A stretch of 62,922 nucleotides of DNA, the filler included, from Octopus bimaculoides (taxonomy: Eukaryota): assembly GCF_001194135.2 (NCBI RefSeq). It is 3 parts of 3 records of this genome, joined end to end, with 100 filler letters (N's around TTAATTAATTAA, not from the genome) between each part and the next. Parts side by side here need not be neighbours in the genome. Positions count along the whole stretch, not along the records: positions 1 to 28,610 come from NC_068982.1; 2 more parts are not named here. One strand, written 5' to 3'. The notes beneath the pieces are model-generated. The model saw nothing but the letters and a program-made list of their open reading frames with translations, ran no database searches and had not been told where the DNA came from. Shown piece after piece: positions 15,216 to 28,710 of the stretch. The position numbers were made by a program, and so were the translations under genes. How positions within the stretch are numbered: the stretch's first letter is position 1; every line of letters begins with the position of its first letter.

Positions 15216-15677
15216 GGCGCAGGCGTGGCTGTGTGGTAAGAAGCTTGCTTCCCAACCACAAGGTTCTAGGTTCAGTCCCACTGTGTTACAACTTGGAAAG
15301 TGTCTTCTACTATAGCCTCAGGCCAACCAAACCCTTAAGAGTAGATTGGTAGATGGAAACTAGNNNNNNNNNNNNNNNNNNNNNNNNNNNNNNNNNNNNN
15401 NNNNNNNNNNNNNNNATATATATATATATATATATACATGTATATATATGTATACGTTTGTGAGTATCTGTTGCCCCACCACCACCAACTGCCATCACTT
15501 GACAACCAATGCTGGTGTGTTTATGTCCCTGTAAATTAGTGGTTCAGCAAAAGAGACTGATAGAATAAGTACTAGGCTTACAAAGAATAAGTCCTGGAGT
15601 CGATTTCTTTGACTAACACCCTTTAAGGCGGTGCTCCAGCATGGCTGCAGTCAAATGACTGAAATAAGTAAAAGAAT
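15216..15677 (+). mobile_element. SINE family B (tRNA-like head, internal microsatellite), CpG-decayed copy
   Basis: Head GGCGCAGGCGTGGCTGTGTGGTAAG, GGTTCAGTCCCACTG, tail CCAGCATGGCTGCAGTCAAATGACTGAAA. Other copies: 2155-2620 (+), 12585-12690 (-), 14383-14730 (+), 24470-24630 (+). Confidence 0.9.
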
Positions 15678-16811
15678 AATTTGCAAGTGAATATTGTTAG
15701 ATGGTGAAGGGACATGGCTTAGTGATTTGGCTCTTGGTTGTAAGGTTGTGAGTTTGATCCTCAGTGGCACATTGTGTACTTAGGCAAGACACTTTATTTC
15801 ACATTGCTCCAGTCCACTCATCTGGTAAAAATGAGTTGTACTTGTAATTCAAAGGGCCAGCATTGTCACATTCTTTGTCATGCTGAAAATCTCTGAGACC
15901 TACATTAAGGAAATGTGTGCATGTCTGTGGAGTGTTCAGCCACTTCCACGTGAATTTCACCAGTAAGTTGTTCCATTGATCAACTGGCACCCTTGTTGTT
16001 GTAGCTGACAGAATGCCATTGATTGATAACATGTACCATGCTTTTGCTAATTGTTTTTAGCTACCTATGTTGTTGTGAGTAAGCGTAGACACTCTCCCAA
16101 TCATCTGGCCCTTAACTCAATAGTAAAACATCCAGGAGGTGACAGAGTATTTGTCTAGTACTCATTTCAGTTGAGTAGACTGGAGCAATATGAAATGAAG
16201 TGCCTTGCTGAAGGACATACTGCCAGGTCCAAAATATCAAATGCATGATGTTTTATGATCATGAATCTGACACCCTAACTACTTGGCCATGTGCCTTCAC
16301 TGTGACATACATCACACACTATAAAGCATACCAGTATACCATACATCACATGGCATACAACAAACTGTAAAATACATGAAATATATTTGCCACTTAAATG
16401 TGGCTAAACCCTAAGGGTGAATGCTACTGTAGCTTTTAGCCCCAGGAGAACATCTCCTCCAGCTGCCTATTGACACACTTTCTGTGCCCTGTTGGTATTT
16501 GTAAAGGGAAGTCATCCTTCCCATCGTCAGTCTGACGTGATACACATGGACCCGGGTTTCTGGGTATTTACCTTTGTCAGCATATGACAATCACCGATCT
16601 TCAATGTGAAGGGCTCCCAATGCAAATACATATATCCTTTTTCCAGTGACGAAAATTCACAAGCAATGTTAAGTCTCTGAACGAGGTATAAACAGTAACT
16701 GCCCGACAACGTGAAGTATATATATTAGATACACGAGTTATCACATATTACATGCCATACAGTATACATAGAATTTATGCCACATATATATATATATATA
16801 TATATATATTA

Positions 16812-17031
16812 GGGCATTACTATATAGAATAATGCCTCATGCTAAACTACCATAATAAACACATTTTTACCGAATGCGAGGAAAATGCAACTCTCAAAAA
16901 CTGGCCTCTTTGATATATAGTTAAGTCTGTTTTTAAGAGGCCAGTTTTTGAGAGTTGCATTTTCCTCGCATTTGGTAAAAATGTGTTTATTATGGTAGCT
17001 TAGTGTGAGGCATTATTCTATAGTAATGCCC
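16812..17031. mobile_element. PIF/Harbinger (Tourist-like) fold-back MITE, 220 bp
   Basis: Arms 16812-16910 and 16935-17031 are near-perfect reverse complements around a 24-nt spacer. Termini GGGC...GCCC, with TTA directly on both sides (16809-16811, 17032-17034). Confidence 0.8.
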
Positions 17032-17398
17032 TTATATAAATATAAATAAATGTATTCTAGGGATAATGATGGATTTTTCCCTTATGAGTTTGTTCATGCT
17101 AGCTACTTGATAAAATTCTTGTAAAAGATTTTTATCCTATTATTGAATTAATTAAATATATATATACATACAGACATATATGCTGGTGACATATAAAAGG
17201 CATCCTTGCCAGTGATATGAAAAAGCTACCCACTACCCTCTTGGAGTGGTTGGTGTTAGAAATGACATCCAGCTGTTGAAAACAACCCCAAATCAGACTG
17301 GATCGTGGTACAGCTCTCTAGCTTACTAGTTACAGTGAAACCATCTAACCTATGCCAGCATGGAAAACAAACGCTGAATGATGATGATGATGATGATG

Positions 17399-17441
<43 letters not shown>

Positions 17442-17700
17442 CCAAACACCATGCAATATGTTCTACACACAACAAAATATACACCATATATTATGCACTG
17501 TACAAAGTTTATCATTTTGGTCTTAAACACCCCTTGTTCTAAAAGGCATTTTGGGTCAACAAATTCTTTATGTAAATATTATTCAGATTGGTGTTTGGAA
17601 GTGCTGGTGGAGGTAGTCAGTGACCGATGTTGATGCAATAGTAATTGTGTTGGTGGTGAGAGATAGTAGAAATAGTAGTAGCAGAAATTATTAGACTTAA

Positions 17701-17820
17701 AGTACCTTCAGCCAAATGATACACCCTACACTACAAATGATACACCCTACCATTTCTATCAGTGATAGAAATGGTAGACAACATTTCACTATGTTTTAGC
17801 TCAGAGGAGGTGAAGGTATT
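17701..17820. mobile_element. Possible Kolobok-like MITE with an internal perfect palindrome
   Basis: TTAA|AGTACCTTCA ... TGAAGGTATT|TGAA (TIR 9/10). Perfect 15+1+15 palindrome at 17747-17777. Confidence 0.45.
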
Positions 17821-19816
17821 TGAAGGTTAACTTCCCTAACCTCAACTTCACAGATGTTAGTGCGCTTTCAGTTCTTAAAATCCATTTCAATCACTGCACC
17901 ATACTCCACATAAAAAATACAACTTATACCGTATGCTATATGCCATGCACCTTACACATACAGTCATGCACCATACATCATAACCATGTTCCATTTGCTC
18001 TCTTATTATACAGGAGGCCTTATCACATGCAGATGATGGTTACTAAACCAGCAAACCATTCATATACAAGTCAACAAGCTAGACTATGTAAATAAATCAT
18101 TTCCTCAAACCGTACTCACTGTCATTTTTGTTTTTAAGCAAAAAGATACTCTGAAAAATGATGGCATGTCTGCATCATATCTGATTCTAAGTCTGCTCAG
18201 TTAGGATTGACTGGGGACTGAACATCAACAAGTCCTTGAAATGGTTTCAGTTTCAATTCATAGCTATTTGAATATCTACTTATATTGAAGGCAGCAAGCT
18301 GGCAGAAACATTAGCTTGCCGGGTGAAATGTTTAGTGGTAGTTCGTCTGTCTTTACGTTCTGAGTTTAAAATTCTGCCAAGGTTGACTTTGCCTTTCATC
18401 CTTTCAGAGTCGATAAATTAAGTACCAGTTGCATACTGGGGTTGATCTAATTGACTTGCCCCCGCTCCCAAAATTTCGGGCCTTGTGCCTAGAGTATACT
18501 TATACCATTAATCTCCTTGAAAATGTTTATCTTCCTTGTCACCTATTTGCTCTTGTCTTCTCTTCGACAACTGTGCAATAACATAGCAAGTAGGAACAAT
18601 TGAACATCAAATGGTTGATCAGCTTTTAACAGTGAATCTAATTCCATATCCATCCACACAGAATCCTGCTTATATGTGATATATTTAAATATACTTGCAT
18701 GAACACTATCTTCAGCATATGGACATTGAGTTTTGGAAAAAGTTATATACACACATACACACAGATATGCAATGTGTGGAAATGTACACATGGATTGGAC
18801 AGAAAATAATGCAAAAATAGTCATAACTTCCTTTATTAACTGAGATAGGGCATTCAAATTGCACATGTTATTACAGTAGCTCCTTTTCTGTACTAACTCT
18901 TATGCTTCTTCATGGCAGACAACTAATGAGTTCTAAGCAGATGCAACCAACTTGCCATCACTGAGTTCTTGACAAAAGCAGGGTGCAGGCAGTTTGTATT
19001 AAAGAACCTTCCTTTTGTGGAATATTAAATTAAATTAATCAAACATAGCTGAATGGAAGAGTATAGTTTGGGCTTTTTTTACTGGAGGTCTGGAACCATA
19101 TATGAGGTAGATGATGCTTATAGCATATAAGTTTCCTAAGTGCTCACGCATCTAATTATTAACTTGGCTCAATGTTGCTTAACTTTGTTTATCAAATAAG
19201 AACCAATATTTTCCTCTTGATATGGCCATAAGTAAAGAGATGAAAAATCCTGTATGCAAAGAGATGGGAGGGTCATGGCTAGGCTGTCATTGATTATAAG
19301 TTTGCTTGATCAGGGTTAATTAACATGTTTGAAGTTAAGTATACTAAATCAGTGACATAAAACTCATTCATCATCGTGCCACAGACAGAATGTGAACTTC
19401 CATCATTTCAGCTGGTTTACCTTGTAGTTGTCAACTCAGCTGTCAATCAATGCTGTCTGTCAACTTCTGTCAAAAAGTGTGACTAAAAATAGTAACAGCA
19501 ACGGAAAAATTTCGATTTGATCATAAGATTGGCTTCCAATAAATATATACATAAAATGTGTGTGTGAGTGTGTGTGTGTGTGTTGTGCATGTGTGTGTAT
19601 ATGTATGTGTGTGTGCATGCACGCCTGTGTGGGAAGATCAAACCTCACGAAGTTACAAGTAGGAACAATCTCAGCAGATGGAGAACAATCATTAAAAGTC
19701 AAGAACACAAGCACCTCTTGCCATTGTGACCTTTGACAAAGCTGTGGAAACTTGCTTGGCCTTTTGATGCATATTTCAGATTAAATATCTATCAACATTA
19801 ACCATTTCCAAATGCT

Positions 19817-19856
<40 letters not shown>

Positions 19857-20439
19857 CGTGTATACATATAAGAGATTTTAAAAAGAGATTGTTCATAATA
19901 TAACAGCAAAAGTTGGTTTTATATAATTTTTCTTTTTCTGTTTGAAAACACTGCAACCCTCTAAAAAAATTTTTCCTTCCATTAGATTCCAACAGATCTT
20001 GTTGACAAAATAATGCAGCAGTAAATTGCATGGCATATATTGTTACCATAATTTGTAATACAAAAATAACCAAACAGAAAATTTTGTGTGCACATATGTG
20101 CAAAACAAAGTGCAGAAAATAGTTCTTGAATAACAAAGGTAAAGAAAAATAGTATTCTATTGAAGCTGAAAAGCTGTAACGAATCAACAGACAGTCATCT
20201 GATGATCATGAGATGACTGTCTGATGATTGGTTACATGAAAATGAGTAGCAGTTTGTGAAATCTTTTCAGTTTCAATAAAACATAAATAAATAAATAAAT
20301 ACATATATACATGCATACATAGATGGACAGACAACATCGCTTCTAACATTGCATGCTACCAGAAACACATGCAACTACACAATCTCCAACTCTAACCTGT
20401 AATTTTTAAAACTCTACCAACTGCCCTCAAGGAAGAACC

Positions 20440-20880
20440 TGCCTCTCTAGGGCTGTATTCTACAGAGCCACCCTCACACCTGATGGTATCACAAAGCACT
20501 ACACGGGCATGATGTCTAATGATGTCAAGGGAAGGTACACACAGCATATGCATTCACTTAGATGCAGAGACAGAGAGAATTCCACATTTTTCTCTCATTT
20601 CCTTTGGGGACTTTATGACCTCTGAAATGAAACTGCCAGCATTAAAAGTATCATCATTGACAGGGTTTCAATTTACTTCGTGCCTACAATTATTGGCTCT
20701 GTCTCTGTGAAAAACTGCATCTTCTACACCAACCTGCAGTATCTATCAGCAGGAAATATGAACTATCTTACTTGCGACCATCAGAAGTATGTTCCCTTGG
20801 TGAACTTCAAGCTCCTGGCTGCCAACAACCCACGTATATCACCTTAACATTAGCTGCACCTTGGCACTGGCTTCCAATAA
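20440..20880 (+). mobile_element. Penelope GIY-YIG endonuclease remnant
   Basis: Reads FYRATLTPDGITKHYTGM..KGRYTQH..RENST..SHFLW, then after a frameshift LCLCEKLHLL..RKYEL..CDHQ, matching the Penelope endonuclease layout. Confidence 0.7.
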
Positions 20881-22383
20881 ATAAATGTTAAAGTTCCTAA
20901 CCACTGATGCCTGCACAGAGTGTAGGTTGGCCTTCCAGCCTTATGCATCCCCTGTAACCTCATTCATTTGTTTCCATATACATGGGTGTGCATGTGCATA
21001 CACAGACACACACACATACATACATACAGACAGAAAGACAGAGACACATACACACACTCACCTATGTACATATGGTTTTCCTCTCTTTCTTTCACCCTTT
21101 AATGCTACCAAACCTCAGTCCAAAAGCCCAATTCCACCACAGCAGTACAGTTGCAACAATACTGGCATGCACCGGATATGCTCACACAAACATAAATAAC
21201 AAAAGCATGAATATATATGTACATGCATTTGCACACCAGATAAAATCATATATATGCATATGTGTTCTTCTAGACAAATATACCCACATTCGTACATACA
21301 CATATAAATTTCAGGAATGTACATACTCATGTTCACCAATCAGGTATATGCATACTCACCCTTACATGTATCCTGAACACATATGTGCACACTCACATAC
21401 ACAGCAGGCACTAACACACATTAATTTGTGCACACACACACACACACATACAACTAATACACACACAGAGCTGATATGCACAACTGACATATATACACTC
21501 ACGTATTTGTGCACCTAAGTAGTCACATATGGCTGATACACATCTGCACCCATACATATACACACCCTAGCAAATATGCAAACATACACCAGTGAACCGA
21601 TACCATCAGTTCTCCCCTGCATGCCAGATTAGACACATGTGTACCCCACCACATAGTACACATACATAAGCATCAGACACCCTCATCTATGCACTTGTAC
21701 AGCTGATATACACACACACACACATATACCCCCTTGCTGTTTATGGATTTGGTGTTCTGCAAGTCCCTTCAGAGACCAGCTAGATGGCAAGATGCTACTA
21801 GCTTCCTGTCCAGCCACGTAGTCCAAAACATTCTCCTTTTTAATGCATTTGGTGTTGCTAGAATGTCAATCTCACTTCTAATAACGCCATGTGACCCACC
21901 TTGACCAGCCCTGTTTCTGGTAGCTATCTTGGACTTTCTAAATTTCTCCATTTGGCTGCTTAAGCCTGATGAGCTAGGCTTCTGTGAGGCCTATGATGCT
22001 TTAAGTTGCATGGAGCCAAATCAAACTGCTTTAAATTATAATAATAATAATAATAATAATAACGGTTTCAAATTTTGGCACAAGGTCAGCAGGTTTGGCA
22101 GAGGGGTTGAGTAAAAAGAAATCGATTCTAGTGTTTAATTAGTACTTATTTTTATTGACCCCGAAAGGATTAAAGGCAAAGTCAGCCTCAACAGAATTTG
22201 AACTCAGAATGTGAAGATGGATGAAATATTGCTAAGCATTTTGCCCAGCATGTTACCAATTCTGCCAGCTCAATAATGTATGTATGTATACATGTGTTCA
22301 TGCATGTATGTATGTGTTGATTGACCAAAAGTAATAAATTAGTGAACTTATGCATACATAAGTGTAGAATATTCAGTATTCTG

Positions 22384-22507
22384 CAGGGTGTCCACAAAGT
22401 CTGGGTACATGGGGATTAATGCATACTTTAAGAAATTATTTCTTATATTCAATTGTTTATGTAACGATTTTATTTACTCCATGTACCCAGACTTTGTGCA
22501 CACCCTG
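22384..22507. mobile_element. Tc1/mariner-type MITE, 124 bp
   Basis: TIRs of about 29 bp, CAGGGTGTCCACAAAGTCTGGGTACATGG and CCATGTACCCAGACTTTGTGCACACCCTG. TA on the right, TG (decayed TA) on the left. Confidence 0.8.
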
Positions 22508-23077
22508 TATAATACATTATAACTGGAAGGCTGCTCAATTTAGAGTTGCAGGTTTCCAATCACTCAGCTGGTAATCTATGCCTTGAAGTATCAGTTGTTT
22601 GAATATATTTTGAAATTATATGGAAGTTATGAAGGAAACACTTATCTTTATGCTCTTGTGGTTTGGAAAAAAAATAACTTTACCAGCAACACATGCAAAA
22701 ATGTCTGCTTCGTGCTCACGTTTTTAATTTGACTTTGGGCTCTTGTGGGAATATTTCAAACGTCTTAAATTTCATACAAGCAAGACAACTCTAATAACTT
22801 TTCTCATGAAATTGCACTATTGTTTAAGTAATATCTACAAATAATATTTTTTAAATAATGAATGTGTGTGTGTGTGTATGTGTGTGTTTTGCATGCATCT
22901 GAATATCAGTACATACCTATTCACATATATACATTTACACATACACACATGCATACACATACACACATTTGTGTACTTGAGTGTGTGTATATACACACAC
23001 ATACACACACAATTATATGCATGTACACATGCATATATATTTGCATACATATGTATACATATATATATATACATATG

Positions 23078-23116
<39 letters not shown>

Positions 23117-23740
23117 TACTTATATTAATTAAACACATATTAATTAAACATTTCAAAACCAATACTTTTTTTTTCTGATCTGAGACAAAATTCAAGAAAT
23201 CTTTCATGATGTTTACATGATGTTTACATTATCTTTCATGATGTTTACATGAAAGATAATTAATCCCAATCATACAAGGTGCTAATAATGCTATTCTTTT
23301 GTTTAAACTGTTAGCAGAATTTTGTATTTTTTGCTCAAAAAATGGTCACACAGAACTTTTGATTTGAAGCTACTGTTTCTGTTTGACTTTGCCATATGTA
23401 CTATTGACCAAATAATTTTGAATTTCTGAGGATTTGTCTCATGCATGAACCATATAAATTTTGATGAAGATTTAACACATTTTTTCATCAGAGCTGAAAA
23501 TTGAATACTTGTACTGATAAGACAGGATTTTGAATGTTTGTTCAGTTGCTCCAACATATACTTTAGTTTCATTTCTGCTGTTTATTTCTACTTTGGCACT
23601 GTATGTAATTGGCAGTTACTATCTATTGGGTAGCTCTTACAAAATCTGAAGTTGCCAGCTTTTAGCCATCTTTTTCCATTCAACTTTGCAGCATGATAAC
23701 CTTTGATGTAACAATTTAGACTTTTACAAGCCAAACTTGG

Positions 23741-24085
23741 TCAATGCCAGTGCTTCCTGACTGGCTCCCATGCCGGTGGCATGCAAAATGTACCATTCAA
23801 ACGTGATTGATGCCAGTGCCTCCTGTGTCGGTGGCACGTAAAAAGCACCATCCAAACATGATCAATGCCAGGGCCATCTAACTGGCTCCTGTGCCGATGG
23901 CACATAAAAGCACCCACTACACTCTGAGAGTGGTTGGTGTTAGGAAGGGCATCCAGCTGTAGAAACATTACCAGATCAGACTGGAGCCTGGTGCAGCCTG
24001 CTGGCTTGCCAGACCTCAGTCAAACCATCCAACCCATGCCACCATGGAAAACAGATGCTAAATGATGACGACGATGATGATGATG
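23741..24085 (+). mobile_element. RTE-like LINE 3' end with (GAT)n tail
   Basis: GGTTGGTGTTAGGAAGGGCATCCAG...CATGGAAAACAGATGCTAAATGATGACGA. Homologous copies at 3782-4175 (-) and 17224-17400 (+). Confidence 0.55.
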
Positions 24086-24665
24086 AATGTGTATTCTTGT
24101 GCAAGTGAGTTCATATTTCCCCTTGTCTTTGCTGGTTTGTAAACAATGGCTTCCTAACATTATCATTGGTTTGCAGTCCAGAGTGAAAGGATCTCTGAGC
24201 TTGATATATCTTGATGTGTTGTGCAATCTTTAGAAACAAAAGATTCATTAAAGTGCCATTTGTTTCCAGTTCCCCACATAAAAAATGTTTGTTGTTTGAT
24301 AGACTGAGAAATTGGTAAGTGGGAGTTGCTATCAGGAAAGGTATGCAGCCACTGAAAACCTCAATACACACTTGTCTAATCCATGCAGGCATAGAAAAGT
24401 AGACATTAAAATGTTGTAATGATTAAGATATGTGTATGTGCATGCATGCTTACATACATACATATATAGTGCTGTGTGGTTGAGAGCTTTGATTCCCAAC
24501 CATGTGGTTCCAGTTTCAGTACCACTGAGGGACATCTTGAGCAAATGTCTTCTACTATGGACTTGGACCAACCTAAGCCTTGTGAATGGATTTGGGGATC
24601 TCATAGACTGAAACTGAAAGAAGCCTGTCATATGTGTGTGTGTGTGTGTGTACATATGGGAGCGT

Positions 24666-24705
<40 letters not shown>

Positions 24706-25129
24706 AAAAGGGTGTACATGTGTGTATGTGTGTATGTGTGTATTTACTCTTATCTTCATATAATGTGATGATTATAAATGAATCTCACTATCATAAAAGC
24801 AATGTTTGTTTCTAGTTTACTTTGAAAGACGTGTGGCCTTGGGGGAGGTGGGGGGGGATATTACTTTGCTAGAAAACAGGTAAGCATTGAAAACAGGAAG
24901 GGTATCTGGCCATACAAACTTTGCCTCAACAAATTTTGTTCGATCCGTGCAAGCATGGAAAAGTGGACGTTAAAGCAATTCTGATGGCATGAAAATATGA
25001 TTTGTTAATGGTCGTTGCATATATCTAAATAACTAGAAATTGACAGCACTGAGTGTTGAATTTCATGTTGGAATAAACATCTCTCATTGCTTACTATCAG
25101 TCAGTATTTGTGTAATATATTCAAAGTTG

Positions 25130-25169
<40 letters not shown>

Positions 25170-25179
25170 NNNNNNNNNN

Positions 25180-25216
<37 letters not shown>

Positions 25217-28200
25217 CATACATCATCATGTATGTATATATGATGTTCAACATACACATACAGTATATACATGTATGCAGTTGACATTATATATATCAAA
25301 ACACACTTATACATTCGCATTTATGTTTACAATGCAGCTATACACATGTATGTGCTAATGACTCAAACATATTTATGTATTTAAGTATACTCATGTAAAC
25401 AGATATACATACATGCATATATATACAGAGGTATATATAGGTGCACACAACCAAAGACATACAAACACATATACTGTTATAACTCCTAGCTCACATGTAT
25501 GCACACATATAATTGACACATGTATACACATAGAACATACTTATATAAACAAGAATTTCATGACAATACTCATACTCACAAACACATCTATAGATACACC
25601 CCAGCACTGGTTGAGATTATATAATAATATTCATATCAGCCATTACTTGCAAGACTTGCAGAAGCATTCTTGGCAGAGTCATGGGACTATTTTAGACAGT
25701 TTGTAAACACACGTCACTGTAGTTATGTGAATAGGATATGAACAAAATTGTGTATATACGAAAATTATCAAAATTACAAGAGATGATGTATTGTGTTTAT
25801 CAAATATTGATATACAAAATTTTTGCATATAAACAAATACTGAAAATGACTCAGAATGTGTCTGTTTACTTAATCCTCTGGCAAGCCAAATTACTTTGGT
25901 GAAATTTTCAAAACATTCGCAGTTTTCATGGTTATGTAAATTCTACAACTATGACATATACAAAGCTATTCAAGATTATTCAAGACAGGTCACTGTTCAT
26001 TCAAGAGAGCAAACAGAAGAAAAAGCATGACAAGGGACATATAGGGAATAAGGTGAACAGGGAGGGAGAAATGGAAAAGGGACAGCAATAAGGACTAAAT
26101 GCTGGAAGAGATAGGGCAATGAAAGGTGAAGTGATGGATTTGCAATAGAATAATGTACCTTGACAATGTGTAGAGTGAGCTATATCAACAAAGAGTGATA
26201 GGGAAGCAATTAAGGTGAGTGACCTCATATTTAAATTCCTAATTACAGATTTTACAAATCCTCTTATTAGTTCTCTATGCTTTGTGAAGAACAATGAATT
26301 TTAGTTATCCATGGATGTTTCAAGATAGTTTTAATTTTCTTTAAATGAAATTGTCTTTATTTTTCATTGGAAGAAAGTACATGAAACACTTGTACTGTGT
26401 ACTTTTAAGTTATTCTTGCCTAAATTTAAACTGTTGATATCAGTTTTTTTTGTTTTTCTTCAACAAATAAATAATTTGACTGATTTTTACACATGTATAA
26501 AATGTGTCACACACACATATATACATATTGTGTGTATAATAATTTCTATAGTAAATACAAAAGCAGTGTACAAGCAAGGCAACCTCAGTAATCCATCCAG
26601 ACACTTATCTGTATGACCAATGCACAAGACCTGAAGGGGAGACAACTTCATATCCCAAGCACCTTAATGGTGTAATTTAACTGAAATCTCAGTTAATTAA
26701 GCATTCAGGGAAAGAGAAAAATTAATATGATCTTTGGCTGGCATGGTAAAAACTCAAAACATATTTTGGGCCTATAAGATTACCTCAACAAATTAAAGTC
26801 ATATGTTATGTGATTGATAGTTTGGCTGAAATATATCCAAAGTTATTTCCTTACTGCAAAGATTACTCTCACATCCCACTGTATTCTATATTTTTAATTG
26901 TTCTAATTGATTAAAATTCTAGGAATCGACTACTCTATTATTATTCACCAGTGTTAGTAAGATTGCTATGGTTATTTTTTCTCACCAATTTCTTAGTTCA
27001 ATGCATTTAAATATGACTGGTAATTTGTTTTACTAAATCATGGCTGTATTTTATTTTATTAACACTAAAAGGATAAAATGCAAAGTTAACCACAGCAAGA
27101 TTTGAATTTAGGAGAAATGTAGGGGATTGGCTGAAATATTAGAGCAAGTCTGTTGAACATATTGCCTGCATGCTGGAACCTGCCCATGGCAATTCTTCAT
27201 CCAGCCTCTTGATCAATTCAATTACAAGATTTATTATTATTATCATTATTTGAATTTTAAAATATTTCATAAAATATATATCTCACTAGTATGAATTCAG
27301 AGTTAGAAGAAACCAATTCTGATTAGTCAAACCAGTGCACCTCAGGGAAGCTTTTGTTATTTCTGTCAATGAAAATGAAACTTACAAATCAATTCTCATA
27401 CTAAATGATGTGATCAATTTCCCCTCCACTTTGTCTATATATGCTAAGCTAAGAGAAAGTTCTTTCTTTTTCAAATGTACGCATTAAGTTCGTTAGAATG
27501 GATTTCAAGGATATTGAAAGGTTTTGTAGTTGTAAGAGTGCAAATTTTCTATCAAGCATGAACTTTCCAAAAACTGCTTGCATTAATTTGAACAATTTCT
27601 GTCTTTGTCTCACCCAAAGGATTCTTACTAAATAGATATGCTGATCAGCCTTTCCCACTCATCTCTACACAAAACTTTCTAATAGTTCATCACCTTTCTT
27701 TTCTTTTGTGTTAATAAAGTTATAACTGTATATTGGTCTCTTTATTCATTTACATTGTTCATAGGGGTGTTTTAAGAATAATTGCCCTGTCTAGCTCATG
27801 AGATCTTGTCTATGTTTCATTCTGGCCTGCAGATCCAAACAACTTTGATACCCTTGGGTTAGAGAGTTTATCAAATGTTTTGTGATATTTAATTTTAACT
27901 CTTTATTTCTATGTTCAATGTCATCATAGTTAACCTTATTTAACTGATTCCTTCTGGGGTCAATTAAATAAAGTATTACTTGTATACTGGGATTGATTGA
28001 ATAGGCTAATCTTTCCATTCATAATTTCTGGATGAGTGCCTATGTTAGAAATTTAAACATCAGAAAAAAAATGTGATGTATTTAATTTGGCATTTTGCAT
28101 TCTGAGTTTGAATCCTGTCAAAGTCAAGATTGCTTTTACCCTTTTGAGTTCAATAAAATGAAGCATCAACTTAGCACTGGAGTCAAAACTAACCATCTCC

Positions 28201-28610
28201 ATTGAAGTTCTGATTGTGAGCCTATATTAGAAATAATTATTACATAAAATATGTTATTTGTTAATTATTTTTAATTATGTTAGTTTAAGAAGCATCAGTT
28301 CTCTTTATTACGATAATAAAATATCTTACATAGATTGGACAATACAGGACACTACAAACATTTAAGAATTGTCATTTAGTGAGTCTTTTTAGCTTTTTTT
28401 AAAAAAAATATACGTTTAAAAATATATATATTTAAAAATTTTTCTACAAAACTTGGAATATTACCAATGGTTTACACCTAATTCCAGGGTACACCAGTCT
28501 ACACCTTTGTATTTTTTCCAGGAAAGTTTTTAAGTAGGGCCGCTCACTCGCAACTTCCTTCCTACTTCCTTCCATCTTTCCTCATATACTCTTCTAGACA
28601 GGTGTCTTCT

Positions 28611-28710
28611 NNNNNNNNNNNNNNNNNNNNNNNNNNNNNNNNNNNNNNNNNNNNTTAATTAATTAANNNNNNNNNNNNNNNNNNNNNNNNNNNNNNNNNN
28701 NNNNNNNNNN
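28611..28710. other. Artificial scaffold join: 44 N + TTAATTAATTAA + 44 N
   Basis: Exactly 100 bp, with a six-frame stop linker at 28655-28666. Confidence 0.95.

Noticed and set aside
18543-18675. AG..GT-bounded minus segment DSVWMDME..
   Set aside because: The only long frame ends in TAG just before the donor, and it has no similarity to PLC epsilon.
27449-27658. 69-aa minus-strand ORF with natural-looking composition
   Set aside because: No usable splice sites in frame and no domain match.
28655-28666. TTAATTAATTAA as a PacI or piggyBac-related site
   Set aside because: It is centred in exactly 44+44 N at two places, so it is an assembly linker.
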